Source: Nageia nagi
Lineage: Eukaryota; Plantae; Pinophyta
DNA length: 64,000 nt
Reading direction: 5' to 3'
Assembly (NCBI GenBank): GCA_050084985.1
Contig: JBITNC010000001.1
Span: 133,858,001 to 133,922,000 of the forward strand
The notes beneath the pieces were generated by a model, which searched no databases, had not been told where the DNA came from, and worked only from the letters and a program-made list of their open reading frames with translations. The translations under genes were made by a program, and so were the position numbers. Below are positions 27,901 through 42,900 of this stretch, piece by piece (position 1 is the first letter of the stretch; each line of letters opens with the position of its first letter).

Positions 27901-30900
27901 ACATTCACAGGAACAATCCAGGGGAGTAGGGAACCGTTCCCTCCTTGTCGACTCTTCAAGAATGCCTGCACGAATGCCTAGTCATCCCTAGGAGCGGCCA
28001 AGGAAAAGCTGGTCGTTCCCAAGAACATCCAATCAACTAAAAAAAAAAATCTCTTCAAAATTTAAAAATAAAGTGCAAAATTATATGCAGGTGGGTCCCA
28101 CCAATGTGTCTACCCTCAAACCTAAAAGTTGATACAACTCGGCAAGCACATTGTAAAATGCACTCAACATGAAGGAGGCTCCTCAAGGGGGGCACCGTCA
28201 TGCACCGCCATATTACAACATCATTGCACCACAATGGATAAGAACATCAAAGATATAGATATTGACTTTACCTCCTAACAAAAGTGACAATATATATGCA
28301 TGCAAAGACAAACGCAATTCATTTTATATTCAATTTTGGTATTTTGATTTGACATATCCATGTCAAAGTCTATTTACTTAGAACTATTTAATTTTAATAT
28401 TTACAGTTTTTGCTACTGTGATTTCCCACTTCAATATTACTGTATTTCTCATTTGAGACTTCACACCTATCATCATTTAGTTAGACCGATTCAGACTTAA
28501 TGACATTATGTGATGATTATGTCTACAATCTTATGATTAGTAATTATGGTTCATTTTGATATTCTGATTCATAATAGATTTCTAATTTCAGTTCCAAGTT
28601 TTGTATACATGATTGAATTAATAATACTAATGAATTAGAAACAATAAAATTTCAAAAATCTAAAAATTCCAGGATTTTTTACTAATATTACACTAAGTAC
28701 TAACCATTCCCCTTGTTGTTTCCAAGGCATTTCCTAAAAATATCCTCCACCATTCTCCATTCTTGAGAATGCATGTGTATATATATATATTGATCACTAT
28801 CAACTCCTCCTAGGGCCTTGTGGAACCTTGTGTGTGTATATATATATATTGATCACTATCAACTAATAGAAACCTTTTTACTTAGAAAAGGACTATGCAT
28901 TATAAAATAAGTTCAATTAAACTGAAAAAACATCCAACATAGACTTCATCTATTCAGGAAAGATGTGGTAGCCTTACCCACCCATTGATGGTCATCCATT
29001 GGTGCTTTTTTCGAAGAAGGGTACTTCAACTTTGTCATAGCTACCTGAGCAGCTTGCATGGGTAGTGTAGAACCATTAAAATACAGAAAGGACAACACAT
29101 TTTGAACTTGAACCTCCACTATGGAAACTACCCGTTTTACCAATCTGTTTTTCGTGAATGTCCATACACCAATGTTTTCGTTATTTGTGTGGAGTGTGAT
29201 TTTTTTGTGATTATTGAACTTAAATTTGTACTCTACTTCACCAGTGTAATACAAGAAACAATTTCAACAAACATCACCAAACAAAACATGTACATTCCAA
29301 ACTAAAGATTGATTTCACAATGAAACAGTCAACTACATCTTGAAGAAGATAGAAGACACTCTTAAACAGAAGCCTATGAATTAGATCCAAGTCTGAGCAC
29401 ATAGGAAGAGGATGTTGCATCTAACATACGATGTTGCTGATGAAGCATAAACTACAAAACATCCAACGTAGAGCTAGTTGAATGTGTTCTCTTCCGTTTA
29501 AAGAGTTAATGATAGTTTATATTTCCCACAATATTCAACCTTTTTGTCCCTTATCACAGGATCTGTTTCTTATGTAAAAACGTCCTATAACTTCCTAACA
29601 AGGTACAGATCATTGGACGATCCAAACGAATTCAAATCAAGAAAGACCTTTTGTGAGTATCTAAGATACAGACAAGGTCAATGAATCAACATCATATCTT
29701 TGCTGAAACTATACCATTCTCAACAATCTTTGCTTTCTTTTACCTGTTTTTGTCAAACCCCCCTATCTTCTCTTCTTCAAAAGCCTCTGAATGTGCTCTC
29801 ATTGCAGGTATTAATAAGTTCTTGGAAGCTTTGAGAACAAAATAATGATACTTCTAGCATTTTTTTGCCTCTTTTTCCTTCTACAGTGCCTCATGTTAAT
29901 ATCAGTCTGTCATTTTTCTTTCGACAATTTACAAATCAATGTATCAAAATGCAAGGAACCTTGGCAAGCAAGTCATCAACTTCTTTATGTATTCATTCTA
30001 CAACAATAGATTACCCAGATCCTAGACAATAATTTGTAATTTTACGCTCACAAGTTCATGCAGCGAATCAAACACAATGCAACACCAGCATCAAATATGC
30101 AGGTATGCAACTTATTAAAAATTTAGAAGTACATTATTGAGTAGCATATACAAGAACTCAAGTAGACTCTAATCATCTAAGTACATGTCATACACACAGA
30201 AAATAGAAAGCATTTATTGATTAGTTGGATGGAGAACATCACATAACATAAAATTTAGACAACTAAAATATCATGTACTATCTCATAAGCAGGATGGAAA
30301 ACTCTCAATGACTCCAAGACAATAAATTTAGACAATTAAAATATCATGTACAAAGACATGCATGAACCTCTATGGAGTTTCAAATGTCTATAAAAATGAC
30401 TATTTCATACTTTACATCAAAGGATTAAGGATTCTTGTATAAGTGTCAAGTTCTACAAGTGCTTTAGTGGCCGAAGGCATGCAAATTCTGATCTATGTTC
30501 TTAGTTAAAGCCTTGAGACATTGAAGAAAACTATTATCATTATTCTACAACAAAATGGACTCTTAAGACAAAAACAAACATTCTATTGACGAAATAAATA
30601 ATACTTGATCTAAACAAATCTGCTCTTTTGCAAAACTATAAAATAAATTAAACGATCATCAGTTCTACAGTATTGATACCTGAGTTATCTGAACATTTCT
30701 TAGACCTTCAACTCGATATGGAACAAGATGATCCTCGTAGTCACCATGACCAAGCTGCCCATACTTACTCCAACCATATGTGTACAAAGATCCTGAATTT
30801 GAAACTGCAATAGTGTGACGCCACCCGCAAGCAACAATGATGAATTTTTCTCCCTGCACAGTTGATAGCATAAATAAAATATATATGAAATATATGATCG

Positions 30901-33900
30901 CAAACAAACCCCAGTTTCCTTCCATTTATTCAAAAATTGCACTTCACCTCATTCATTCCCACTTATTATTTGATGCATACATGAAACATCGAAATCACAT
31001 GGCTTTTGAATTGATCAAATTCTTTCGGAAAAGGAATCAAACATCTTAATATATTCAACATTGACACACACACAAGGATGCATGCAAATAGGCATATACA
31101 TATACAAATTTGATCAAATTCATCATTTTTACACTTCATGATCATTTGTGTTTTTCCTTATATAATGTTATTAGCTAGAGGTGTGATCTAATCTGTAATG
31201 TCCCCATTTTTCTAATTTATTTTTGGTATTGTAATCCTATTTCAAATGTTTTAATTTATTTATCTGTAATAAGGGTGATGTGGGCGCCCCTTTTGTGCTA
31301 CAAATATAATGTTTTAATGTTATAACTTAAGTGAGTCACTTAAGTTATGGTGGGCCCAACTCAACATCAAAATAGAACTTGTCTATAAAAGTATGTTGGG
31401 CAAGTTAGGGTTACCTTATCATTTTGTTATTACAATTTTATGTTGTGGGCTGCTCCCCAACTCCACCATTGAAAAAGCAAGGAGATGTGCCCTAGTTTCT
31501 TGTGTTTTTCAGCTGTATTAGCAAGGTGATGTGCCCTAGTGTATGGTTGAAGAGGTGAATTCATTTCAGAACTCATATTGATGCTCAAATTTGTATTTGT
31601 TTTCAGTATTGATGATCAAGGAAGTGTGACGCCCCATCTTCGGAGCTATTTTGTGCAATTCCCGAATTTTTAGGGATTCACGGATTTTTGGGGGGGTGTT
31701 TCAGGAAAAACAAATTGCAGATCTAGATACCCTTTTGGCTGTTTAGATTGTTTCAGATTTCAGAAAAATAAATAAAAAATTTCTATGTGGTGTTTTTGTC
31801 AATTTTGCTATTTTTGGTCAATTTTTGAGTTATATTCTAAAGATTTCTGAAACTGTAAATTGAAGGTCATTACAATGGTATCAAAGCCTGGATCTTGCCA
31901 ATCTGTGGTTGGGTCAAGCGTTTTTCAATTGTGGGTATCTCAATTTTAGGGTTTTTCAGACTTAGGGTTTTCAGAAAATTTGAGTTTTCAAAAAAAAAAA
32001 TCATGGGTACTTTCAGTTTTAGTGGTTTCAATGGTTAAGATTTCAGATCTAGGGTTTTGAAGTGTTGGGTGTTGCAGATTTGTGTGGGTTGTTTTCATGT
32101 AGAAAGGGCATCCTTACAACACCAGGGAGAATAAGAGAAACCCTAGTTTTCAGAACATGAATGAGCTAGATGGACAAGTGGGTGTTGAAGGCACTCAATC
32201 CATGAGTTTTTCTAAGAGACCTGAAGATGAAGCAAACAAAATCAGAGAGCAAAGATTTGACAACATGTTGGACCTATTGGGGACTATCACTAATAAGCTA
32301 GATTTGATAACTCCACAACCTCAAAACACCACGCACCATCAGAATCAGTCCCTAAACCATGCACAAGGGGAATCTTCTGCTAGAGCACATTTTGTGAAGC
32401 CAAGGAGTGAGAAATCAATCCCATACACTCACCCTTGCCAAAGCCCTCCAAACCCTTGGCTGTGCAACCAGAAGAATTTGAACCACAAGATTTTGAGGCT
32501 GAAGTTCATGATTTGTTCCTCAAATACCAAACCCAAGATGCAGATTTTAAAGAAGAAATCTCTTTTGAAAGCTACCTGAATATTTTTGGGAAGAAGAATA
32601 GAAAACACAAGCATGATGATAACAGGAAGCTTCAACACAAGATCCAAGTTCCCATGTTTAGTGGGAAGGGGGTTTCACTGAGGGCATGGTTGCTGAAATT
32701 GCAAACATACTTTCCATTTGCCCTATGACTGAAGAGGATGCAATAAAATTTGCTACCCTACAACTTGAAGATTCAGCCTATGATTGGTGGCATCATGGTC
32801 TCATAACACAAGGCCATAGTGGGGTGACTACCTTTGATGAATTCACTCAAAGGGTTTCGGATAGATTTGAAAGGAAAGATGAGGAAGAATATTTCAGAGA
32901 CTTGGCAACATTAAAGGAAAGATCCATAGTTGAGGCTTATGTGGAGGAGTTTCAGAATGTTTCAGTGATGGTGCCAAACATTTCAGACAAGAGGATTACT
33001 TTCCTCTTCATTGAAGGACTTTTGGAGCCCCTAAAAGCCTTGGTTAGGGCTTTTCAACCACCAAATTTGCAATCAGCCATAAGGAGAGCTCTTTTCTTAG
33101 AGAGTTCAACACCCCCAAGGCCTAAATTTTTTACTGCACCACCTTATAGATCTAGCATGGTTGGTCCCCCACAAGCTTTCCCAAGACCAAACAATTTTCA
33201 GTCAAGAAATCAGCCATATGCAAGCAGAAATCAGCCACAAAGTCAAAGACCTCCAATGCCTACACCACAAGGGAGAGATGATAGAGATGAGCTAAGAAGG
33301 AAGAAGCCAAGGTAAGGGTCAAATCCACTACATAGAAGTTGTTTCAAATGATGAAAATGAATCGGATGTTGAATATGAGTCTAGTGAAGAAAGAGAATTT
33401 GTTGACACTGAAAACCATGCATTGGCTGTCCAAAATACTACTGCTGTCATAGAAAATACAGTCATTAATACTGCGGCAATTTCATCTCACATTGATGGTT
33501 CTTTGGGTTCTTTAGGTGGCACTGATAAAGTCTTTACTATAAAAGTGCCTGGAAATGTGTTGGGTCAAAAAGTTTTGTTTTAATGGATAGTGGAGCTACT
33601 CACAATTTCATTGATGAAGGTTTGTTAGCAAAGAAAAATCTGAAACTAGAAACCACTCCTAGTTTCAATGTGATAACAGGAAATGGAGCACTCACTCCAT
33701 GCAGCAGTTTGATTCGCAAAATAAAAGTGAATTTTGGTAATTTTCTGTTGAAGAGGATTTCTTTGTTTTTCCTCTTGGAGAAGGACCCAATTTGGTGTTG
33801 GGAGTGCAATGGTTATACTCTCTGGGTGACTACACTACAAACCATCAAACTTTGCAACTCCAATTCAAGTTAAATGGCAAAGAGGTGGTGCTCCAAGGCA

Positions 33901-36900
33901 TAAAGGAGAATGTTGTCCAAACAAAGAGAATGGAGAGGGTTATGCAAAAAGAAGAGGTTTTATGGGCAGCCGGCATATTCTTCATGGAAGGTAAAAAATC
34001 AAGGGCTGAAATTGACTTTTCTTTTCATTCTAGATTGCAAAAAGTCTTGGAAAGGCATAGTAGAGTTTTTGATGATTTTCCTAAGGGTCTTCCACCTAGT
34101 AGGGGATTTGAACATGCAATTGAATTAGAAGATAGAATCAAACCCATACAGATTCAGCCCGATAGAAACCAAAAAAACTATAAGGATGAGATAGAAAAAA
34201 CCATAAAGGAGCTCTTACATATGGGATTTATTCGTCCTAGTAGTAGTATTTTTGCTACTTCAATTGTTTTGGTAAAAAAGAAAGATTTGACTATTAGGAT
34301 GTGCATTGATTATGGAGCCCTAAATAAGAAGACTATAAAAAATAAATACCCCATTCCTAGAGTTGATGAACTGATAGATGAACTACATGGTGCTAAGTAC
34401 TTCTCCAAAATTGATTTAAGAAGTGGGTATCATCAAATTAGAATGCAAGAAAATGATGTACACAAAACAACTTTTAGATGTCATTTTGGGCACTTTAAGT
34501 TCTTGGTTATGCCATTTGGGCCTACTAATCCACCAGCAACTTTTCAGTCTTCTATAAATAAAATTTTCAGAGATCAGTTGAGAAAATTTGTGCATGTATT
34601 CTTTGATGACATTCTAATTTACAGCTCTAATATGCAGGATCATTTACAGCATTTAAATACAGTTTTGTGTATTTTGAGACAGCAAAAATTTTTTCCAAAA
34701 CAGTCCAAGTGTGAGTTTGTATTGAAGGAGATAGTCTATTTGGGACAAGTAATTTGCCATGATGGAGTGCATGTGGATCAGGAAAAACTTTCTGCAATAC
34801 AACATTGGCCCACTCCCACTACTCTCATGTAGCTAAGGGGGTTTCTTGGTTTGTGCAGCTACTATAGAAGGTTTATCAAAAGGTTTTCAGCCCTATCAAC
34901 CCCTCTCACTAAGTTAACCAAGAAGGATGGATTTATTAGGGGTGAAGAAGCTCAACTTGCATTTGAAAATTTGAAGGAGGTTATATGTTCCTGTCCCTCG
35001 CTATTCCTGATTTTCCCATACCATTTCAAGTAGATTGTGATGCTTCAGGAGTAGTTGTTGGGGCTATCCTAATGCAAAAGGGAAGGCCAATTGCTTTTGA
35101 AAGCAGAAAATTAAAACCAAATGAGAAACTTTTCAGTGTGTATGAAAAAGAAATGCTTGCTATCATGCATGCTCTGGAAAAAGTCAAACAATACCTTGTT
35201 TGTGGAAGATTTGTGATAAAGACTGATCATAATAGTATGAAATATTTTTAGGATAGAAAGACTTGGGTGGAAGACAGCAGCAATGGGTGACCAAATTGCA
35301 AGCCTATAAGTTTGACATTGAGTTTGTGAAAGGTAAAAACAATTCTGCTGCTGATGCATTATCTAGGCATCCAAAGTTTTACTCTCTTTCACCAGTAGAT
35401 GATGATTTTAGTACTGTACTAATGGCTGAATATGCAAAGGATGAATTTGCATCAAAAGTGTTGCTTGGTGAGATTTTGGATGATAGGTAAAGCATTAAGA
35501 GAGGGCTGATTTTATACAAGGGCAGAATTTTTCTAACCCAAAACTCCAAGCTAAAAGAGAAGACCATAGTAGCCATGCATGACATTCCAATGGCTGGTCA
35601 TCGTAGTTTCTTTGAGACCTACAAACAAGTTCGTGACAGATTTGTGTGGAAGGGACTAAAAGATGACATTCTGAAACATGTGAGAGAATGTGTAGCTTGC
35701 CAAGAGAACAAGATAGACACCTCACTTCCTATTGGTCTACTTCAACCATTGCCAATCCCAAGCCAAAAATGAGAGCGTATCTCCATGGATTTCATCATAG
35801 GAGTACCTAAGGTGATGGGTAAGAATTGTATCTATGTGGTAGTGGATAGGTTTACAAAATTTACACACTTTTTTGCCATTTCTACTACATGTACAGCCAT
35901 ACAGTTGGCTGATTTATTTTTTAGAGAAGTTTTCAGATTGCATGGGTTGCCTAAGACCATTGTAAGTGATAGGGACAGCAAGTTTATGTGTCATTTTGGC
36001 AAGAATTATTCAGATTATGTGGTACTGTTTTTGAATCCTAGTACTTCTTATCATCCTCAAACTGATGGGCAAACTGAAATTGTAACCAAAAGGATTGAAG
36101 GCTACCTTCAACACAATATTACAGGGTAGCAAAATTCATGGGTGAAATGGTTGTATTTGGGGGAGTTTTGCTACAATTCCACATATCACATGTCCATCAA
36201 GATGACTCCTTTTCAAGCCTTGAATGATAGCAGGATTCCAAGTGCACATGATTTTGTGGAGGAGAATAAAAAAAAATTGCAAAAACTCAAAGATAACATT
36301 CAAATTGCTAAAAATCAGCAAAAGAAATATGCTGATCAGCAGTGTATAGAGCACAGATTTGAAATAGGAGACATGCTGTATGTGAGGCTTCAGCCATATA
36401 GACAGTCTACAATGAAAAAGAGTGGTGCTGAAAAGCTAAAACCACGATTTTATGGGCCTTACAAGGTAGTAAGAAAGGTGGGTGAAGTTGCCTATGAGCT
36501 GGAACTTCCAAGCAGCAACAAAATACACAATGTTTTTAATGTTTCATGCCTCAAAAAGGCACTTGGGCAACAAGTAATACCAAGGTTCCACGGTGAGTCG
36601 GAAGCGGCGAAGCGTATAGAGCGTGCTCCGGAAGTTTGGAGCGATGGAGGGTCATTTTTAGGGAGCGATTTCGATTCGGCAAGTGAAGCAGCTAGTAAAA
36701 AATCCCTAGGATCTTTCGATTTTTAAATTACTATCAACAATCAACTATATATCAAATATGAATTTAAATTACAAAACATAATCAAGTATGAATCTGAAAG
36801 GTAAAAAATAGAAACAAGAAATCAAAGCAAGCCATAATGTCATTAAGTGACAAACAAATCTGAATCACTAATACATAATGTCATAATATCAAAATGAGTC

Positions 36901-39900
36901 ATAATGTCATAATAGCAAAATAACAAAGCCTCAAAATAACAAAACCATAACTATCAAGTATCAATACTATCAAACTATGGCTCTAGCCTCTAAGACTCTA
37001 TGTCAAATCCTCTGGCTCTAAGGGCTCATGTGCTGCTAATACATTTTGATTGTAGTCAGAATCAGCATCCTCCTCATCCATATCATAATCATCTGAGGAG
37101 CTGCCCTCATCTTCCAACTGGATACGCGCCATGTCCAATGGTAATCCTATCAACCCCTAAGCATCATCATCAACCTCCTCACTAGTTGCCTCCATAGGAT
37201 CAATATCCCATCGTGAAAAAGGACTAGCTCTATACTCTGGCTTCACCCTCTCACGAAGGCGAAGACAGTTATGCACCACTACTAGCTTCTCTACTCTCTT
37301 TGCGGTAAGCATGTTCCTCCTCATGCTGTGGATGAAGCCATATGTGGACCAATTCCTTTCTGCAACAGAGGAACTACCAACCTACAAACAAATTTGTCAT
37401 TTGATAAAATTAGAATTAGAAACATGAAACATCAATGTTCAAACAATTTGAGTTATTCAAATTTGAAATTTCTTCTACTAACCTGAGAAAGGTGCCTAAC
37501 TACAAGTTGCCTCAATTCAGCAGCATCATCCCCATATAGATTGTTATTCTTCTTTTTGTTAATGATGTGGTCCTCCTCTCTCACTCTATTGATGGTTGAT
37601 AGAGACAATTGAACACACTTAGATTCTTTTGCAATCCTTGACAACTTATGGTTAATCTCAACAAATCAAAGGCTATTATCTTTAACACTTCCAAAGAAGC
37701 CATTTCCGAGTTTATGTTTTTCTAAAAAGGGGATCCTTTGGAGGTCACCACTTCTTCCACTTGAGGGTTCTATTTTTTAGACATTCTTTCACTTTGAGAC
37801 CAACCTCCCAATTGCCTCTTTGCAAGAGTTATGCTTCCGTCTATATTCTGGAATGCCATTGTTTTAATATCCATTTCCAATGTATCTCTGCAATGTCATC
37901 ATCAAACCTACAACCTCCTACCACTTATGGGTTCGAGGCTTGGGGGTACAAATTGTGATCCTTTGATTAGGCTTGCATTGAGCGAGTTCAAACTTTGATG
38001 CTCTAGTATTTGAGTTGTTGTAAATGAATGGTTCCTCAATGCATTGTCTAGGTCATATTCACCACTCTGCCCTTGATTGCATGTTTCAGATTATCTTTTA
38101 TGTTCACAAACTCCTATCTATGTGGCACTTTGCTTTTGGTAGTAAGAGATATTTATATTTAGCTCTTTACTCTTCAAAAGAGATTGCCTCCATAGGCTCC
38201 ATCAAACATCAATGTTGTTAGTTCTCTCAGACTTGTTTGCTCCTCCAATCTATTGATCAACTTCCTCCCTTCAAGTACTCATTGGATGCCCTATCAACTT
38301 CATCCCTCAAAGGAGATCATTTGTAGGTTTTTCCATAATGGTATTTACCAACGATACATTGTAGTCATATGGACGTCTCCTATGCCACTCAACCCCAAGC
38401 TGGCTTTCTATGTGGAACACTTTTTACAAGATGTTGATGGTGTCATTTATCTACATGTCTATTTCTAGCATCATTAGTCGCATGGCTTAAGGATCCCTCT
38501 TTTGACCAGTTGAGAATATATTACCATCAACTTAGTATCAAAACCAACCACCATATTCCGCATGGGGACCGTGTTTGTTGTCTTTACTCCACCCAAGTGG
38601 TGAAGTTCAAGAAGCATTTTATCTTCAAATGCCTTATTTGTTATTACATCCAAGGGAGGTTCCACTACTTATGTAGAGACTAACAATTTTCTCTCCACTT
38701 TCTTCTATTATCCCAATCAACAATGCTTGGCTCTTTATATTCAAGATATTGGCACTCTACAACACATATCTCTACAAGGGGGGCCTATAGCAACCAGGCT
38801 TATTACTTCATACTTTCAGCACATCACAATTATTGGGGGTGTTAAGCACTTTCCCAATTTCTGCTTAGATGATGGCAAGTTTAGACTCCATACGTCGATG
38901 TTCTTCACCATGCACTAATTCGCAAGTACCCCAACAACCTTCCCACCTCAGATGTCATAGATTGTTTTTCAATCAATAGCAACGACTCCCTTGTGTCTAT
39001 TGTTGAAGCAATGAATGCAATCTCTTATTACCACTTTCTTCTTGTAATACTAGTCATTTTTGCCTTGGATGTTAGGATAGGTTTGAGGGGAAGTTTTTGG
39101 CTTCCTCCCAAGATGGTCCAACCCAATGCTCCTAGACCAAGACTATCTCCCACAAGTTACAACCATTCTCACTTCGTAGTAGTCAATGTCACAATCGTTA
39201 TTTCTTTAAATCTACTCTTCACTCTAGGCATCTAATAGCACTTAGTTTCTAGTTGTGCTCCTCCTGTTCAATGTCACTTGTTTCTCTTCACTTCTCTTTG
39301 AGGGATCCTTCCCTCTTGTAAATGTAAATTTGAGGGTTAGGGTTCAGGGTTTAACCCTTTTAAATTTATTCCCTTGCTCCTTTGCTTTGTTTTAGTTTAA
39401 CTTTTTTTCTCTAGGGTCTTACTCCCTAGTTCATTTCTATTCCTTAGGCTGCACTTTCAAATTCCATTAACCTTTTTGGTTACTCATGGGCATTAATACA
39501 ATTTCTTTCTATGTTTCTTTCCTTCTCAATATGAGCACTCAGGACATGCCTGCCTCTGATTTCTACATATCATCAAAGGGAACCCTCATTTTGTGCAGAA
39601 TCTAGAATCTAAGTAACACCAAGGACTTAAAAAAACTGAGGCAAATGGCCAGAATGGACATAAACTCATAAATACAGACAAGCATTTAGATTAGATACAA
39701 TATTTTCAGCAGACCCTCATAATTTTCAGATACCCTTGAACATTCTCCAATAGTTGGATGGGATGAATCATGGAACAAGCAAAGGATGACAGGGGCAAGG
39801 ATTGATTACAATTTCCCTTCAAAGTCACCTGCATGTTTTTGCACAAAGGTAGGGTAAAACAAAACAAGTTAAGAATGGGAGAGGACAGGGACACACAACA

Positions 39901-42900
39901 AAGTGGACTGCAGTTACAGAATGGATGAGAAAGAGAGTGAAAATACAGACAAAATGACAATAGCAGAAGTGCCCTGCAATATGGAAATAAACTTTAATTT
40001 TCAGACAGGTAAGTGAGAGTGACTGTAATATCTCCAATTTGGGACATCTAGACGTAACCCCTCATGCTTATTTACTTTAACTTTTAGTGTTTAAATTAGA
40101 AGTCTTCTATTTATCATTTAAATATAATTTATCATTTAAGTAAAGGCAATATGTAATATGTTTTGGCTCAGTTAAAAGGGCCACTTTAATGTATTTAATC
40201 TCTCACACCTAGTCGGCCAACTCAAGGAGATATTGGGCCACTTAGTAATATTTATATCCTCCTACTTGGTCGGCCAACTTGAGGAAAAATATGTAGTGAG
40301 TTTGAGATCATATAAACGCAGGTTAGAGAATCACTTGAAGGATCATCATTGTGCATTCGATTTTGGATCATTCGGAGTTTAAGGATGCTTCCCTTCTCTA
40401 CCTTCTAAGGACTAGGGCTGCTCCCTAGCCTAAAAGTGACCTATCTACATTCAAACTCACTTGGAGAGCTTGCCAACCTTGAGGAGCCATCTAGAGACTT
40501 ACGCCTACAATTCTTGCCATTTGGAAGCTTGCACCAGCCATTGGGAGTCATGTTGGGACATACACCAAGCTTGGGAGCTTTCTTGGGTCTTGCGCCAGCC
40601 TTTAGGAGTCTTGGTTGAGCATCTTCAAAGTCTTGGGCTTTTGCCCTAGAACTTGTTACAGCCCTATACTTATTCTTGGTTAATTGTACGTAACATTAGC
40701 TCTCATAATACGTCTTGTTGTGCCCGCACAACACACCCCAAGATGCAGCATTTTGAGGACCCTATTTTTGCAAAGGCAATGAGGTGCAATGCCTTGAGAT
40801 TGGCTTTTGACGATGATTAGTTCATTCTGAAGAGTGTAAACATGATATCAGGGAGCGGTTCAAGGAGATCATACGACGAAAACCCTCAAGAGCATCAAAG
40901 TATCCAATCGTCAATTTTGCAACCAAGGAGCCAAGATGTAAGACCTACTACCAGAGCACAAATTTTTAGCTCTAGAATGAGATTAGTAGAGATGGGGTCA
41001 TTTTGGGTCAATTTTGATCCCGGAAAAGGCGAGCATAACCAAAAGGTGGGTTTTGGTCACTTTTGGGCTCGAAAACCTGGAAAATGGTCAACATCACAGA
41101 AAAGCGCATTTTCGTCAATTTTCAACCTAGAAGTGGTCAGTATGGTAAAAATGAGCGTTTTTGCATAGTTTAAGCCCGGAATGCTCGAAAATGAGCAAAA
41201 ATGCAAAGTTGAGTATTTTTGCCGAAAATGTCTAAAATGCCGGAATGATCATTTTTGCACATCTTGAGTACGAAAAAGCCGAAAATGTAGACTTTGAGCT
41301 CAAAATGCTGGAAATAATCAATTTTTCACCATTTGAATTCGGAAATGTCCGAAAATGGTAGAAAATGCATACTTCAAGCCTGGAAATGTCGAAAATGCAC
41401 CGTTTGGGCCCGTAAGAGACGGAAAGGACCAGAATTGTATAGTTGAGCCCCAAATGGATCAGAAAAGAAAGTTTGAGCATCCTTGGGGGATGAAATCAAG
41501 AAATAAGCGTTTTGACACTCGGGCAACCTCAGGTTGGGCCTAGAAAAATGGGTTTTTTCAAAATGCTTGAAACGAAAATCTGAGAGAAAGGTGTGATCCC
41601 AAATGATAAATAAAGGCAACTTTACTCTTGGAAATTTCGAAAAAACTTGAGTCTCGCCCTTCGAAAAGTTAGGGAGGAGTTTTGCAAGTTTTCCCTCACT
41701 TTGTCAAAACTCAAAAATGGCCTATTATCTTCAAAACCTGTGCCTACCTTTTGAGAGACCCAGATTGATCCAAAAGTGCAATTTTTGAGCTTGAGATCAT
41801 GGAAATTGCGATTTTACATCAAATTGGTCTTTCAAGTTCGCAATTTCGACAAGTTTTGCTCCTCCAAAAGTGGAAAAAAAGGAAAATGTGCAAAAAGGAC
41901 AGCCAAGAGGAATGCTTCAAATTTTCCAAAATTTCAAAATATCAAAATGAAAATTTGAGAGAAAGGCGTGATGCCAAATCTAATTTTAGGCACCTTTGCT
42001 CTTGAAATTTTTGAAAAAAAGTCAAAAAATGCCCTCCTAAAAGCTAGGCGGCAGTTTTGCCTCTTTTCCCTCGCTCAAATTTGGAAAATGGCCTAAGAGT
42101 CTCAAAACCTACACCTACCCTTCCAGCACCCCAAAACAGCAAAAAAATGAAATTTTTGATCTTCATGAGGTATAGGATGGGATTTCACACAAGATTTATT
42201 ATTTGAATTTTCCAAAAGAAATGAGATCTAATTCCTCAAAATCATCAAAAAATGATCAGCCAATTAGAGAGCTCTAAAATTTTTCAAATTTTCCAAAGTT
42301 GGCCAAATCAAGAAATAAGAAAGAGGTAGGGTAGCAAATCCAACATAGAACAACATTGCCTCTTAAAATTTGTCAAAAAAAACCAAATTTTGCCCCTCAA
42401 AAAGTTAGGCCGCAGTTTTGCATGATTTCCCCCATTTTCTCAAATTTCCAAACTTGCCTAAAACCCCCAAAACCTGCGCCAAGCTTGGAGGCTCTCAAAA
42501 TTGTTTAAAAACCGAAATTTTTGGTCCTAGGGACACGGGAAATCCAATTTTGCACAAGTTTCATGTTTTAAATTTTAGAAAAAAAGTGGATCTATTCCCT
42601 CAAAATCACAAAAATTGGATCAGCCAACGGGAGAGCTTGAAAATTTTTTTAAAATTATCAAAATAAAAATTGGAAAGAAAGGTAGGGTGGCAAATCCAAA
42701 GTTGAGCAACATTGCCTCTTGGAATTATTGAAAAAGCTCAAGTTTTGCCTTCCAAACAGTTAGGGGAGAGTTTTGAAAGTTTTGGACATGTTCACAAGTT
42801 TCCCAAACATGCCCAAAACCTGCGCCTAGAATCAAGGGGCTTAAAATTTGTCAAAAGTGAGATTTTTGAGCTTCATGGGGTGTAAAATTCAATTCTACAC

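Larger units (their letters stand above)
31194..36580 (+). mobile_element. Ty3/gypsy LTR retrotransposon (chromovirus-like), 3'-truncated
   Basis: 5' LTR, PBS and gag-PR-RT-RH-INT order; no 3' LTR or PPT found. Confidence 0.94.

Noticed and set aside
36142-36726. Integrase with a novel C-terminal extension
   Set aside because: Read-through from the truncated gypsy integrase into the hAT terminus.
37540-39300. Possible degenerate LINE ORF1-like remnant on the minus strand
   Set aside because: Too decayed; no convincing domain, poly(A) tail or TSD.
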